The notes: generated from the letters alone by a model not told the origin. A stretch of 64,000 nucleotides of DNA from Haliotis rufescens (GCF_023055435.1 NW_025963780.1:10168001-10232000); one strand, 5' to 3'. Positions 36,364 through 50,289 are shown, counted from the stretch's first letter. Program-made: numbers and translations.

Positions 36364-37914
36364 AACTGGGCGGCAAAAGAAAGTATAGGTCGAGTTCCAT
36401 GATCGATTAAAAAAATAACAAGAAGAGGTTTTGTTGTGAATTATAATATAATCTAGGGAGGGGTAACAAATGATTGATCAACCACAGTTTGAATGAAATT
36501 GTGCAATCACAGGTAATGTAAGCTCAAGGTAAACAATGGTGGGATAAGAAATTTCATTTTCAAAAGTTGTCTGAAATGTCACCAAAACATTGTCAGACAC
36601 GCTACAAGTTCATTGTCGACACAGTTGCCTTCAACAGCGTGTATGACCTCCAGCTGTCTCAATGCATGCTGTGTTACGCCGCCTCATTAATGACGTCAGT
36701 CTTCTGATGACGTGGAGTGGAATCCGTTGCCACTCGTCTCTCAGGGCCTGCTGCAATTCTTGTCTGTTGACGGGAGGCTGATGGCGTGCTCTAATATCTG
36801 TCTGTCAAGATGGTCCCACAGATGTTCAATAGGATTCATATCGGGTGAGTGGGCAGGCCAGGGCAAAACGTCAACGTTCTACTGGTTTAGAAAGTTCCGA
36901 GTCAGTCTTGCAGTATGGGGCCTGGCATTGTCGTGCTGAAACAATGTCCCCTGCTGTTGGTTTTGTAAGAACAGAAGCACAACTGGCTGCAACACTTGGT
37001 CTCTGTACTGCACAGCGTTCAGGTTTCCCTGTATAATCACCAAATCAGTCTTCTGATCTCCACAAATACCGCCCCACACCATGACACCTCCCGCGCCGAA
37101 TGGATGGACTTCTCGAATACACGCCGGAGCCAAACGTTCCCCTCTGTGTCGATAAACTCGTTCTCTGTCGTCATTTCGAAACAAGTTAAACCGACTTTCA
37201 TCAGTAAACAGCACTCGACGCCAATTTCTCACTTGCCAGCGTCGAACCTGCCTCGCCCATCGCAGTCTCAGGCGTCGATGTTGAGCAGTCAGTACCATTC
37301 CTCGGAAAGGACGATACGCTCGGATTCCAGCAGCACGAAGTCGTCGTAGTACTGTACGTTGGCTAATGGGATGTCCAAACGCTGTTGCTGGCGTCCCCGT
37401 CGCCGTTACGAATCTGTTTCGCTGGTTAATGAGCCGTACCTAACCGTCTTCCAGTGGTGTTGTCACTCGGGGTCGACCGGTTCTAGGCCTGTCCTGTGTC
37501 CTCCCTGTCTGCCTGTACCGTTGAATCAGCCTTGCTACTGGCAATGGTGTACAACCAAACTATCCGGCAATTTGGACCTGTGTTGCCCCCATTTCGGCCA
37601 TACTGATGTCTCTCTCTCTCTGCTCCTGTGACAGTCGTGGCATTTCTTTTGTGTGCTTTCATCACGTATGGTTATACACTGCAGACGAACGCATTTATAC
37701 AGCTAACACGCACGTGCAGTTTATGCCATAGGCGGGAAACCTGTTTCACAATTTTTTTGTCGACACACGAGCGCCGTCAAAGGTGGCGCGTTCGGGTGAG
37801 GTTTTGGTTCCTGATCCTGGGCAGTCATATTCCCAATACCCACTTTCCACTAGTTATCGCTGTTTTTAGGAAAATATCAAATTGCCAACCTATACTTTCT
37901 TTTGCCGCTTAGTT
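36364..37914 (-). mobile_element. Tc1/mariner transposon, decayed
   Basis: TIR AACTGGGCGGCAAAAGAAAGTATAGGT mirrored at ~37888-37914, TA flanks; VLFTDESRF, VMVWGGI, FQHDNARPH. Confidence 0.92.
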
Positions 37915-38569
37915 TATCATTACTTGGGTCATATACTTCAATATTCTATATGAAAACCGCTGTTTATGAACGACAAATGAAACATAAGTGGAGGTTGGCT
38001 GTCCTACGTCATTGTTGGAGAAAAGTAAATTTGTGGAAAGCCCAAGGGTTTCTCCCAAGATGGAGGTTTTACACTTTCAACCAAACCCTCGTGGGAGTGT
38101 TTTAACTAACTTATGAACCGTCTAAATGCAAGAAATACCAGAAAGAATAAGAAATAATTGGGATACCTTATAACGAATCATATACAGTTGTCAAGGTATA
38201 AAGCGCAAGAGAAAAGACCACGTGCAGCATGGAGACAACTGAAGTCATGTCATGTAAAAATGAACACCCTTTCATCACTTGCCCTGGTTGCTCAGTGCTC
38301 ATGAAATGTGAGGTTGCAGGTTCTCTTGAATAATGTCATGGAATTTTCATGTGATAATAATCAACATTAGATGCATATTAAAATGTTGTATATACAATTT
38401 AACAGTAAAGCAGGTTTTATAATTCAAATGTAAAACATCCAACTTGAAAGTAATACCTCTCACAAGGTACAAGGTACTATGATATAGCGTGATACCTACA
38501 ACAATAGAGGCAAAAGTGGCAGTAGGTTCATAAAGCGTAAACTAATTTGTGGACAGACGATTATTGGTG

Positions 38570-38976
38570 CCCAGTGTTTGACAAGGGGCTTGGATGTGGG
38601 ATGACCTATACCATTATGAGGGAACTGTCTGCATTGCCTAAATGTGTTGGACAAGATACGGGATGACTTAAGCCATTATTAAGGAACGGCATTGCCTACC
38701 TGATGTGTTGAACAGGATGTGGGACATACACAGGCATTTATTAGGAAATTCTAGTGCCTTACTGATGTGTTGAACAGGATGTGGGACATACACAGGCACT
38801 TATTAGGAAATTCTGGTGCCTTACTGATGTGTTGAACAGGATGTGGGACATACACAGGCACTTATTAGGAAATTCTAGTGCCTTACTGATGTGTTGAACA
38901 GGATGTGGGACATACACAGGCATTTATTAGAAAATATTTGTGCCTAACTGATGTGTTGAACAAGGTATGGGATGAC
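38570..38976. repeat. 60-62-bp minisatellite
   Basis: CTGATGTGTTGAACAGGATGTGGGACATACACAGGC at 38700, 38762, 38824, 38886. Confidence 0.9.
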
Positions 38977-40214
38977 TAAAAGCGGCATTTGCGGTAGGAA
39001 CTACCGCGCTCTACGTAGGCAGAACTTATACGAGTGATCTGACAAGTCAATATGACGCCATGATAACATACACATTTCATTGGTTTATGCGTAAACGGGT
39101 GACGACATGCAAACACCCACGTCGGCCGTTTGATAACAAGAACGTAATCATAATGATAATAAATATCCATCCAACAATTCCAAGACTTTTCAGCAAACGC
39201 GTAGGCCTTTGATTTCAAAACATGTCATGTCGTCAACGCATTTTCATAATATGTTCCTGTGGATTCTGGCCTTGTATTCGAAATCCTTTGTGTCGTGATA
39301 AATATGAGCAGTTTTATGGAAACATTCAGCATGATAATTCACGGCACTAAACGTCATCCTGTGCACACTTTATTTGCAGTTTATGAATTACATTACTCAA
39401 ATATCCACGACAATCGGCGATTTCAACAGTGTGGTTTCAAGTCGTGTTCGTCTGGCCGACATCTGGAATCTGGATGACAATGATCGTGAAAAACCTGGTA
39501 ATGGTCAAAAATATTTTTATGTGATGAAAGTAGTTTTTTGTCGTTTTCGTCACATGTTTTCATTGCCCTGTAGCAATACCTTTTGGCAGAGACACCCTTG
39601 TGCGAAAGCTTCTCGTCCCAAGTCACTCCGTGAAACTTTTCGGGTCCCCGTGACCCAAAGTTTAGTTTCTTTTGATTCCTTTAGGGGCATTCCATCATTT
39701 GCATAAAGGTCATCCATACTGCTCATGTGTTTCTCATCTCCAACCTCAACCATAAAGAGAACGGGGGACGAAACAAAATACATATTGTTTTAAATTAAAA
39801 CATGCCTTACAATAATAGAGTAAGCTATTTTATGACATTTTTTAAAAAAGGTTAAAAACGCTTGGTATTAGTCTATAATTTAATTAAGTCCCTTTGCTTC
39901 GGAAACGAAATTATAATAAGCAACTGAAAAAAGAAAAAGTAGACCTGGCTCTTTTATGACGACGGCTATTGTAGCAGTAATAGTTTATATCAGATCGGGG
40001 CACAATTTTCCACAGCTGCAGGCAAAATTGAGATACGGAAACGTTATAATTCACGTCGAAAATGAGACAACCTTACATACTTTGAGCAATGTTGAGATAA
40101 ATATTTGTTCACACAATTAATTCTGTCATGTGCGTGAACATGGATTTCAACATTATTTTCATCAAGAATATGAATGTCGCCGGCTTCACGGATCGTCCTC
40201 ATCTTCTCAACATG

Positions 40215-40462
40215 GCACCCATGAAGGTTCGTGTTAGAATAGGTTTTCAGCAACCCATACTTGTCAAAAAAGGCCACTATGCTTGTCGTAAGAGGCGACT
40301 ATTAGGATCGGGTGGTCAAGCTCGCTGACTTGGTTGATGCATGTCATCGTATCCCAATTGTGTAGATCGATGCTCATTATATTAATCACTGGATTGTCTG
40401 GTCCAGACTCGATTATTTCCAGACCGCCGTCATGGAATTTAGGCGTTGAACAAACAAACAAA
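40215..40462 (+). mobile_element. SINE-like family C copy
   Basis: Reverse complement of 35255-35523. Confidence 0.8.
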
Positions 40463-41065
40463 CTAAGGCATGAACACATTTTTTTTATCTCCCAGCTCAA
40501 AGCAATGACAAACGTCAATTTTGCAACCCTGAATAGTTAGTGATGGATGCAGACGCTCAAACACGATCGATTCTATTTTAATGATAAAACTACAGAACAT
40601 TTATTGCCTTATATCTAGATGCGGAGCCATTTGTGGAGCCATACAAGTTGATACGAAATTTTGATAGTCTTTGGTGATCTTGTTCATGTGCGGTTATGAA
40701 AAAGCTTCTCTCGACACTCGGTTGTGGTTACGTTGCCAGCCACTGTTCGAAACTGAAACACCACCACCTTGCGGGCTATTTATAGTCAGGCGGGGCTTTA
40801 AGCCATTATTAAAGAACTATTTTGACTGATTGATATGTTGGAGAAGTTATGCGATAACTTAAGCCGTTATAATGGAACCGTATTGCCTTTTTTATGTGTT
40901 AAAACATTATTAAGATACTGTATTGCCTAATTGATATGTTGGACAAGGTATGGGATTACTAAAACCCAACCTTGACTATAAATAGCCCGGAAGGAGGCAG
41001 TGTTTCAGTTTCGAAGAGTGACTGACAATGTAAACACAACCGAGTGTCGAGAAAAGTTTTTTGAA

Positions 41066-42863
41066 AACCCTGTAAATTATAGAGGTATTACGCTAACATC
41101 TTGCTAGTATGGAAGTTAGCACTATTATTTAATGCTATTCTTACACTTCAATACACACCTGCAGCCTATAGACACGGGGTAATTATATCTATTTAGAAGG
41201 GTAAAAAAGATGAATCAAACCCTGTAAATTATAGAGGTATTACGCTAACAAATGCCTGTTATTTTCCCGATATGTTGCAGTTTGGCTTTAGGAAGGAGCA
41301 CGGTGCTGTTATGTCGCTATTTACCCTCATCGAATGTGTACAAAGTTATGTTAACAGGGGATCATGTATCTACACAGCATTTCTAGATAACGAGAAAGCT
41401 TTTGATCGAATATGGCACTCGGGTCTCTTTGTAAAACTCTATCATCTTGGTATTAGAGGTAAAATGTGGTCTCTGTTACATCACTGTTATACTTCCATGT
41501 ATGCGTGTGTTCAGTATAAGCGCGAACAATCTGATGCATTTGCTGTTAGACAAGGTATAGGTCAGGGTAGAGTTATCTCAACTTGGCTTTTTCTTGTGTA
41601 CATAAATGACCTCATAACTGAGCTTCGGCAGTTAGATGCAGGAATATTTATATATAATGTTAGTTTACCATGCGTGTTACTTGCTGATGATACTACTCTT
41701 ATCAGTTACATCCCTAAAGGTCTGCAAACAGCCTTAGATACAGTTGTTAATTACGCATTAACTTATAATGCATCGAAAAGTACAATTGTTGTGTTTCATA
41801 TAAAGAAGCAATTATTGTGTACGCATGCTTATCACTTTGGGGACTATGATATATGCAAAATATGCGGGGGTTGTTCTACAAAGTAATCTTTCTTTCACAA
41901 AAGCAGGGCGTACTATTAATTCTCTCCTCTCTGTTGGTCTAAATAGTAGTGACTTACATCAGTATGCCAGTATTGAGATATGGAAAAGAATTATCTTAAC
42001 AACAAGTTTTTTATGGATGTGAATTACTACCTCCTCTGCATGGTAAAGATCTTGAATTAGCTGAAAGCACCCAGCGTTACTTTGCAAGGATTGTACAAGG
42101 TTTTGACAAACGTTCCCCCACTGATGCCACTATTGCTAATCTAGGACTTTGGAGCACGGTTGGCTATATAGATAAATGTAGACTACAGCTGCTGGGGCGT
42201 CTCCGCAACAACTCATGTGTCTCAATTTGTAAAACTGTTTTCTGCGCATCAACTCCAAACTATTTCTTTCATAACAATAATTTACACAGTTTATGTGGAG
42301 TGTTGCTTTCAACAGCCAAGAAATATAAGCAACTTCATCATGTATTTCACTACGTTCGCACAGGGGAATTCCCCGCGAAGACTAAGTGGAGAAAGATAGT
42401 GTTAAATGAAATAACTTCCCACGAGGAAGAAGTATGGAAATATAAACTATCATGTAGAGCTGACCTATCTCGATATTCTAAAATTCACACAACACTTACT
42501 CCTCGTGTGTTATACAGCATTGTAATGTTATATCCAGAATTGAGAGAAGAAATACAGTATGTAATAAGGATTGGATCCAGAAGCACAATATCAAAAAAAT
42601 GTGATCACCATGCTCGTGATCACCATGTCATCTTAAACTGGGAATGTCTACTTTCAGAGAGAGATGTATTCTTTTCCACTCTAATTGATAATCTTGATGT
42701 TGAAATGTGTGTTAAAATAGAGATGATGGAAGACCATGATATGGTAGCATTCTTTCTTGGTGCAGATAACAATGACATTGATGAAATAACGTGGCATTTC
42801 ACTATTATTGAATTCTCAAAGCATTTATATCAAATTAAACATATCCTAAACAACGTGTGGTAA
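41066..42863 (+). mobile_element. Decayed CR1/L2-group LINE reverse transcriptase region
   Basis: NYRGITL, QFGFR, FLDNEKAFD, QGIGQG, LLADD motifs; frameshifts; abuts the gap. Confidence 0.85.
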
Positions 42864-42897
42864 CCTTACCAATATATCTCACTGCGTATAGCCTGTA

Positions 42898-43031
42898 NNN
42901 NNNNNNNNNNNNNNNNNNNNNNNNNNNNNNNNNNNNNNNNNNNNNNNNNNNNNNNNNNNNNNNNNNNNNNNNNNNNNNNNNNNNNNNNNNNNNNNNNNNN
43001 NNNNNNNNNNNNNNNNNNNNNNNNNNNNNNN
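42898..43031. other. Assembly gap (N run)
   Basis: Run of n. Confidence 1.
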
Positions 43032-43794
43032 AATTATTTAATTACCTTATCTTGATGCTTTGATATGCGCAGAACTAATTTGTGTGTTGGACTAGAATAA
43101 AAACATAAATCGTGGACATTCCACAGTTTCATTTTTTGAAGATGTGAAGACGACATGACAGGTAGATTTTGAAATCAAAGACCTACGCGTTTGTTGAAAA
43201 GTCTTAGAATCGTTCGATGGATATTTCTTACCATTAAAACGGCCCGTTTACGCATTAACCAATGAAATTTGTGTGTTATCATTGCGTCATTTGGACCTGT
43301 CACATCACTCGTATAATGCAACTGTATTAGGGAACTGTACTGCCCTACTGATGCGTTGGACAAGATATGGGACGACTTAAGTCCATCATTAAGGAACTGT
43401 ATTGCATAACTGATGTGTTAAAAATGATGTTGGACAATGCCATTACATGGGAAATTTATGTTTTATGCAAATTGTGTGATTGGCGAATGCTATGGGTAGG
43501 GCAGGACATGCTTACCCAGTTCGCGAACACCTCGTGTCGTCACTGATTTTCGGTGGTCAATTCATATAATTTTCACACTTACTTTGTCCTTTACGACAAA
43601 TGGAATCTGTTTCGGCGGAGAATCAGGACGGGGTTTTCTCTTACATGGACGTTTTATTTCTATTTTGCCTTACTGATAGGTTGGGCAAGATTTAAGATGG
43701 CTCAGTCCATTATAATGGAATTGTATTGCCTTACTGATGTGTTGAACAAGAGTTGGGTTGATGTATTCCACAATTATGGATGTGAGGTGAGCTG

Positions 43795-44095
43795 AAATGG
43801 GGTTTAACGTTAATTATAGCCTGTATCTAGCGCCGCACATGCACGTGTGTGTGTATGGCTGTTTGTACTAGTCTGGACAGTGCCGATTTTATAGTGCTAG
43901 CCCACTGAGATACCATGCCATAGTTTAACATGAAGACTCCACTCAGACACAGTATACTGACTCCGAGCCGACCAATCCCCTTAATGCCGAGCGCCAGACA
44001 GAGTAACAAGTACCATCCTTTAACGTGTTTTGGTATGACATAGCCAGGGATCGAACCTCCAGACAGACGCTCTATCCACTAGACAACGGAGGCGG
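43795..44095 (-). mobile_element. tRNA-derived SINE (family D); fragments at ~7870-8100 and ~10010-10140
   Basis: Head with GGTTCGATCCC; body CTGGCGCTCGGCATTAAGG...CAGTATACTGTGTCTGAGTGG...GCTAGCACTATAAAA recurs in three places. Confidence 0.7.
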
Positions 44096-44229
44096 TCTCC
44101 AATATTATGGGACAGTCCTGTATTGCTTGACCGATGTGTTGCACAAGGTATGGGATGACTTACGCCATTTTCAAGGAACTGTATTTCTTAAATGTGTGTT
44201 GCACAAGCAATAACTTAATATTAAGGAAC

Positions 44230-45140
44230 TCAAGGTTCTGTGTCGCCAAAATGATGTGCTGCATCAGCTATGTGTTTACTTAAGCCATTATCAATGACTG
44301 TATCGCCCAACTGATGTGATGCATCAGCTATGTGTTTACTTAAGCCATTATCAATGACTGTATCGCCCAACTGATGTGATGCATCAGCTATGTGTTTACT
44401 TAAGCCATTATCAATGACTGTATCGCCGAACTGATGTGATGCATCAGCTATGTGTTTACTTAAGCCATTATCAATGACTGTGTCGCCCAACTGATGTGAT
44501 GCATCAGCTATGTGTTTACTTAAGCCATTATCAATGACTGTATCGCCCAACTGATGTGATGCATCAGCTATGTGTTTACTTAAGCCATTATCAATGACTG
44601 TATCGCCCAACTGATGTGATGCATCAGCTATGTGTTTACTTAAGCCATTATCAATGACTGTATCGCCCAACTGATGTGATGCATCAGCTATGTGTTTACT
44701 TAAGCCATTATCAATGACTGTGTCGCCCAACTGATGTGCTGCATCAGCTATGTGTTTACTTAAGCCATTATCAAGGGGCTGTGCCGCCGAATTGATGTGT
44801 TGCATCAGCTATGTTTTCATTTAAGCCATTATTAATTAACTGTATCGCCCAACTGATGTGTTGCATCAGCTATGTGTTTACTTAAGCCATTATCAATGAC
44901 TGTGTCGCCCAACTGATGTGATGCATCAGCTATGTGTTTACTTGAGCCATTATCAATGACTGTGTCGCCCAACTGATGTGTTGCATCCGCTATGTGTTTA
45001 CTTAAGCCATTATCAAGGGGCTGTGCCGCCGAATTGATGTGTTGCATCAGCTATGTTTTCATTTAAGCCATTATTAATTAACTGTATCGCCCAACTGATG
45101 TGTTGCATCAGCTATGAGATGACTTAAGACATTATTAATG
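44230..45140. repeat. 60-bp minisatellite, ~15 units
   Basis: CTGATGTGATGCATCAGCTATGTGTTTACTTAAGCCATTATCAATGACTGTATCGCCCAA. Confidence 0.95.
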
Positions 45141-46178
45141 AACTATATTGCCGATATTGATATTACACAAGGGAGTTGTCCACACTGCATTTGGGAGAAG
45201 GAACCCATATATACTGCCTGGTCTCACTCCTGGATGAAGCGATGCCTGCACAAAACATCTGGTCTTGAGACTAAAATGACGTTTGGTTTATTAAAGATAA
45301 ATATATGTACCATATGTAATATTTATTCGATATATTTGAGAATAGAAGGTAAAGCTGAACAGTGTGGTGTTTGTTCCATTCTGACATCAACAACCAATAT
45401 CATGCAAGCTGCCACACAAGTTAAGAAGCCATGCAATTGGAACAGTAGTTACCTCCCTTCCAAGATATGCAATGTATGCATTATAATTCAGACTGATGAC
45501 TGTTCTGTTCTTCGGGTTTATTTTTTAGATTTCTCAGTAAATTCAGTTTGCTCTTATCGACAACAACACAATCTAATTATGGACTATACGCTTAAGCATA
45601 GTCGAATTTAAAGTCAACACATTAAAACCTTGACCACTTCAGCTGCTCGAGCTACACGATCCTTTGATCCCAATTTTACCAGGTTAACCCGAAACGACTT
45701 CATTGATGGTAATGGAATACCGTAAAAGCATTTCTCTGAGAAACATACATTTATCGAGTTTTCCAAATATAAGTTCCCTTCGATGGTCAGACTTATTTCT
45801 GTTTGGATATAGATGTATCGCTTAAATATATTACGTTAACTTCTAAATCACTGACATACTTTGGATTGATTTTTCTTCATCACTCAATATTTTCACTCAC
45901 ATGTACGCACGTACGCACAAACGTACGCACAAACGAGCACACATTCACAGACACCTTGAAGTCTCAAGTGTTTATTCAATATCTTAATGACGTAAAAACA
46001 ATGGTGAACACAAATTGTTTGAGTTATTGTTTAGCGCTGCAATCACCAGATTTCAGCTTTAATACTGGCTAAGTGATCTACCTCTGTCACTAGTTACAGA
46101 TAGTGTCTGATGCATACTTTATTGGCGCAAAGACATGCAACTGATACAACTATTGAAGAAATTTTGAATGTATTCAAG

Positions 46179-46344
46179 TGAGTGGAGTGAGTATGGTTTT
46201 ACGCCGCTTTGAGCAATATTCCAGCAATATCACGGCGGGGAACACCAGAAATGGGCTTCACACATTGTACCCATGTCGGGAATCGAACCCGGGTCTTCGG
46301 CGTGACGAGCGAACGCTTTAACCACTAGGCTACCCGACCGCCCC
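46179..46344 (-). mobile_element. tRNA-derived SINE (family A, short), full length with TSD
   Basis: A box TAGCCTAGTGG, B box GGTTCGATTCC, GTC anticodon-like loop, (CACT)n tail, 13-bp TSD GAATGTATTCAAG. Confidence 0.9.
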
Positions 46345-47934
46345 GAATGTATTCAAGATTGCATTTCAGTTTGCTATCGCTTACGATCCGTACCAGCTAA
46401 TGTTTGAGTACCCATTGGTAAACTTTAAAATAAGACACAAAAGGCAGTATAGAACTGTGTAGGACTGAATTTTGGATGTTTCCTAAGAGAAGCTCCAAGC
46501 ATATTCATTTTCATTTTTATACTAACCGATTTTTTTGCTTCTTCATATCGCCTGTATTTTTCAATGCAAACAGGCACTCTCATTCTCACGTTTTCAGTAA
46601 TCATACATTATATATTTTATTCTTCAACTCCCAATTTTAAGTTATTTTTGTGAATTTCTATTGTCATCGTTTTAATCTTTATATCTCTATATACTGTCAA
46701 ATGTTTTATTGTTGACAGAGGTGTAACTCCGGATATTGCGACTCTAAGGACCGACCAATCATTGAGTACATCGTGTTACTTAACACCGTTGTACCAAATG
46801 ATCAATAAGAGTGACATATACCCAAGCCAATCAAATATTGAATAGTATCATAAAAGTCCTCACGTGACAATCAATCCTACTGCAATAGGATCGTAAGCAC
46901 CGCCCCGTGCTCGCCTACTAAGTCCGATCACTGATGTGTCGGCATGTTTATTGACTAGAGCGTCACATCTGGTGTTGATTACTTATTTAGTGGTCAACTT
47001 GAACATACGATGACGCATTTCTTAGACATTTCCCTATAAGAAGTACTAGGGTCGATAAGGTATGTATGAAAGCATTGTCCTTCTCCTGAAGCTGAAGTGC
47101 AACGTCAATACTAATTATATTTATATGCATCGCGTTGTTGTTTGTGCTCTGAACCCCGCCTCGCGAATCATTTCTGCACAATGGTTTTATAATACGATAT
47201 AATTTGACATCATCATAAAGTGAACTAGAACTTGGCACACTTGGGATTAAACGAACAGACGTTGTGCGGGTACATCTAAAGTTAATTTAAAACAAACCGA
47301 ATATCCATAAAAATAATCCACTGAAATAAATGACGATAATATGTAATCAGAAATAGACTTTCATGTATGTTCAAACCTCTTCAGTGTCATTATCACTAGA
47401 ATGTTTGAGTTTCTTATGTTGCGTGTATTGATGAAAACAATTACACACTTTGACTATATAGCTGAAAACAATGTAAAATTCTCTCATCAAATGAAAGTAA
47501 AACAGTTTGCAAATTTTAATTTAACTACAGACAAACGATGACATACTTATGACGTCAGGTTACACTGCCAACATCATCATGCATCATTGAAATAGTCTAA
47601 AATAATAACACCAATAGATCGCCATATGAAAATGTAAATTCACGACTTTCCAAGTATTGAACACATGAATTTAATAGAGGGTTTCAAATTTCGCATAATG
47701 CCTGGTCGTCCGGTGTTTATATTGCCCCTAACTCGATATTACGAGTACATCAGTAATCGAAGCAGTGTCGAATCCCAATCGTAGAAGGTTGATCTGTTTA
47801 TACGGCAACTGTCGAGTGCTAATGTTTGAGTAAGGTGTATTTCCACTCGGCAGTTATTTCAGCTCCATCACGACGGCGACTGTAAATAATTGATTCAGGA
47901 CCAGACAAACCATTGATTGGTATACTTACAACGG

Positions 47935-48455
47935 TTACTATACTTAACCATCACAATGAATGTATATAACCTCATCGTGACTGCAGGTAACCATAACGAC
48001 AAATTCACATAACCATCATGATGAATGTACAGAACCATCACAGTGAATGTACAGAACCATCACAGTGAGTATACTTAACCATCACAGTGAATGTCCAGAA
48101 CCATCACAGTGAATGTACATAAACATCACAGTGAATGTATATAACCATCACATTGAATGTACAGAACTATCACAGTGAATGTACAGAACCATCTCATTGC
48201 ATGTACAGAACCATCATATTGCATGTACATAACCATCACATTGCATGTACATAACCATTCCATTGCATGTACATAACCATCACATCGCATGTACATACAT
48301 GTACCATCACATTGAATGTATATAACCATCACATTGCATGTACAGAACCATCACAGTGAATGTATATAGCCATCACATTGCATGTACAGAACCATCACAT
48401 TGCATGTACATAACCATTCCATTGCATGTACATAACCATTCCATTTCATGTACAA
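47935..48455. repeat. 22-bp minisatellite
   Basis: GAATGTACAGAACCATCACAGT and variants. Confidence 0.9.
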
Positions 48456-50091
48456 TCCCCGCCCTTTTAAATATGTGAAGAAATTGAAAAATGTATATCC
48501 CATATACCTCATTATACCAAAAGAAAGGTTTGTGAATACAACTGACCCTCATTTGAACTTTAGTTCATCTTGTGAAAGCAACATCTAAAAAACCTCAATA
48601 GGAAAACCCATCAGTTCAGCACTTGCATTATGCAAAGAAATGAGACACATTTAATGAGTCATGCTTTGGAAATACCGTTGTTTGAAGTCAAACTTGTTGG
48701 CAAAGAAACGCAAACGAAACAAATAGTTCCTGAATAGCACAAGGCTTCAGTTCAGCGTATGCCTTATGTGTATACAAAGTTGAATGAATAAATATTGAAA
48801 GGTGGACGAGTTATGCTCCGGAAGCGAAACGTGACGGTCGGCCCGCGTTTCTACATCCCCTGCAAAAGTTCATTTGGGCGGAGCATAATAAAGCAAACCA
48901 TTAAAGTATATGTGTACGTACAATTATGTACTTACGTATTCAGCAAATACTTTATTTTTGCAACAATGAAGTTCAGTTATACTCAAAACAGCTGCGACCT
49001 TTATTTTTCAGGCAACTATTTGTTTATAATACAACATTTATTAGTCCCTTGTCATTCATGTTTCATGGTATTGCCAATCAATCATAAATCATCATTTATT
49101 TCTCAAAAAGAAGCACCTACTGTGGTGAGGAGAAAAAGGTTCTTATCATGACAATAATTAATATTTAACAAGATGACGGTTATACTGTACAAATATTTGG
49201 TGACATTTAAACATTTTGCTGGAAAATTTGTAGGAACATTTAAACAGAAACACATCCACAAACACACATATATACAGTCACACGCAAAGGTACTTATCTA
49301 TTAATATTTTTTACGATATGCGGCCATTGGACGAGAGGTCGGTCACATGACCGCGAAATTGATGTTCATAAGTGTATGAACGACACAATTTGATGTTCAT
49401 ACGTTTTTCACGAGACCGTGTTCTTGAAATGACGTACACACTGACGGACTACTTCCACATTCCTGGGGATCCCCCTGGGAATTCCCTAGCACGAAAACAA
49501 ACATAAGCGTTCTTTCTGATCAATTAGAACCTTTAACCTTGGTCACAGCGTTTCAGTACACATTGAGAAATGTCAGAGAGCGTGACTGCATGATTGTTCA
49601 CGAATATCCTCGCTGCAGCCTATCCTAATGAACAAACGAAGAAATGCACATCTAAACTATCGTAGTATCGACTCGATTCGTGTCAAGGCTGACACTGGCC
49701 GTCTCAAGCAATCTATGAATTTACTTTAGTGTCTGTTTGACGCATCTTTATTCACCTTTAAATGATCGGCCAGTTAATCAATGATGACTAATACATGAAA
49801 TGTATTACGACGCGCTGTCATTATGACTGACTTACTGAGGTAGTTCTTTACAGAACTTTTTCATCCAATGAGGATATGATTTGAACACATGTGCTGCGTA
49901 AGATGTTTCTGAAGAGCAAGTTGTGCATCCATACGCTCATGTCACCTCTCTTTTGATGAACTATTTTACTCCGCGATATAGCTGGTTGTTGTATGGCTGT
50001 CAGTGTAAACATGAAGTCACACGTACTAAATAACGTTGTGTTTAGATCTTGGCCTACATTTTTTAGGTAAGAAATTGTGATAAAAAAATTA

Positions 50092-50261
50092 TAAGAATTG
50101 ACTTTCACTTTGTGTGAGTTCATTGGAGTATGAACCTTCATAGAGTGAGGGCTAAATATTGTATGAACGTTGTTGCAAGCTCCGACGTTCATTCAGTTTG
50201 GCCCTCACTCTATGAAGGCTCATAGTCCAATGAACTCACACAAAGTGAAAGTCAGTTCTTA
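50092..50261. repeat. Imperfect palindrome (~80-bp arms)
   Basis: GACTTTCACTTTGTGTGAGTTCATTGGA ... TCCAATGAACTCACACAAAGTGAAAGTC. Confidence 0.9.
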
Positions 50262-50289
50262 ATACATATGAATTTTGCAAGGTTATTGA

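Noticed and set aside
38978-39950. Kolobok-like MITE
   Set aside because: Likely an insertion in the 60-bp array, but the TIR/TSD are too weak to classify.
44230-44805. 191-aa repeat ORF (HIADASHQLGDTVIDNGLSK)n
   Set aside because: By-product of a 60-bp minisatellite; related units elsewhere are 62 bp or contain stops; no splice or start context.
38570-45160. CRISPR-like repeat/spacer arrangement
   Set aside because: Units are tandem without unique regular spacers, the intervening DNA is transposon-derived, there are no cas genes and the context is eukaryotic.
46270-46344. tRNA-Asp gene
   Set aside because: The tRNA-like head continues into a SINE body and tail with a TSD and multiple copies; the acceptor stem does not pair properly.
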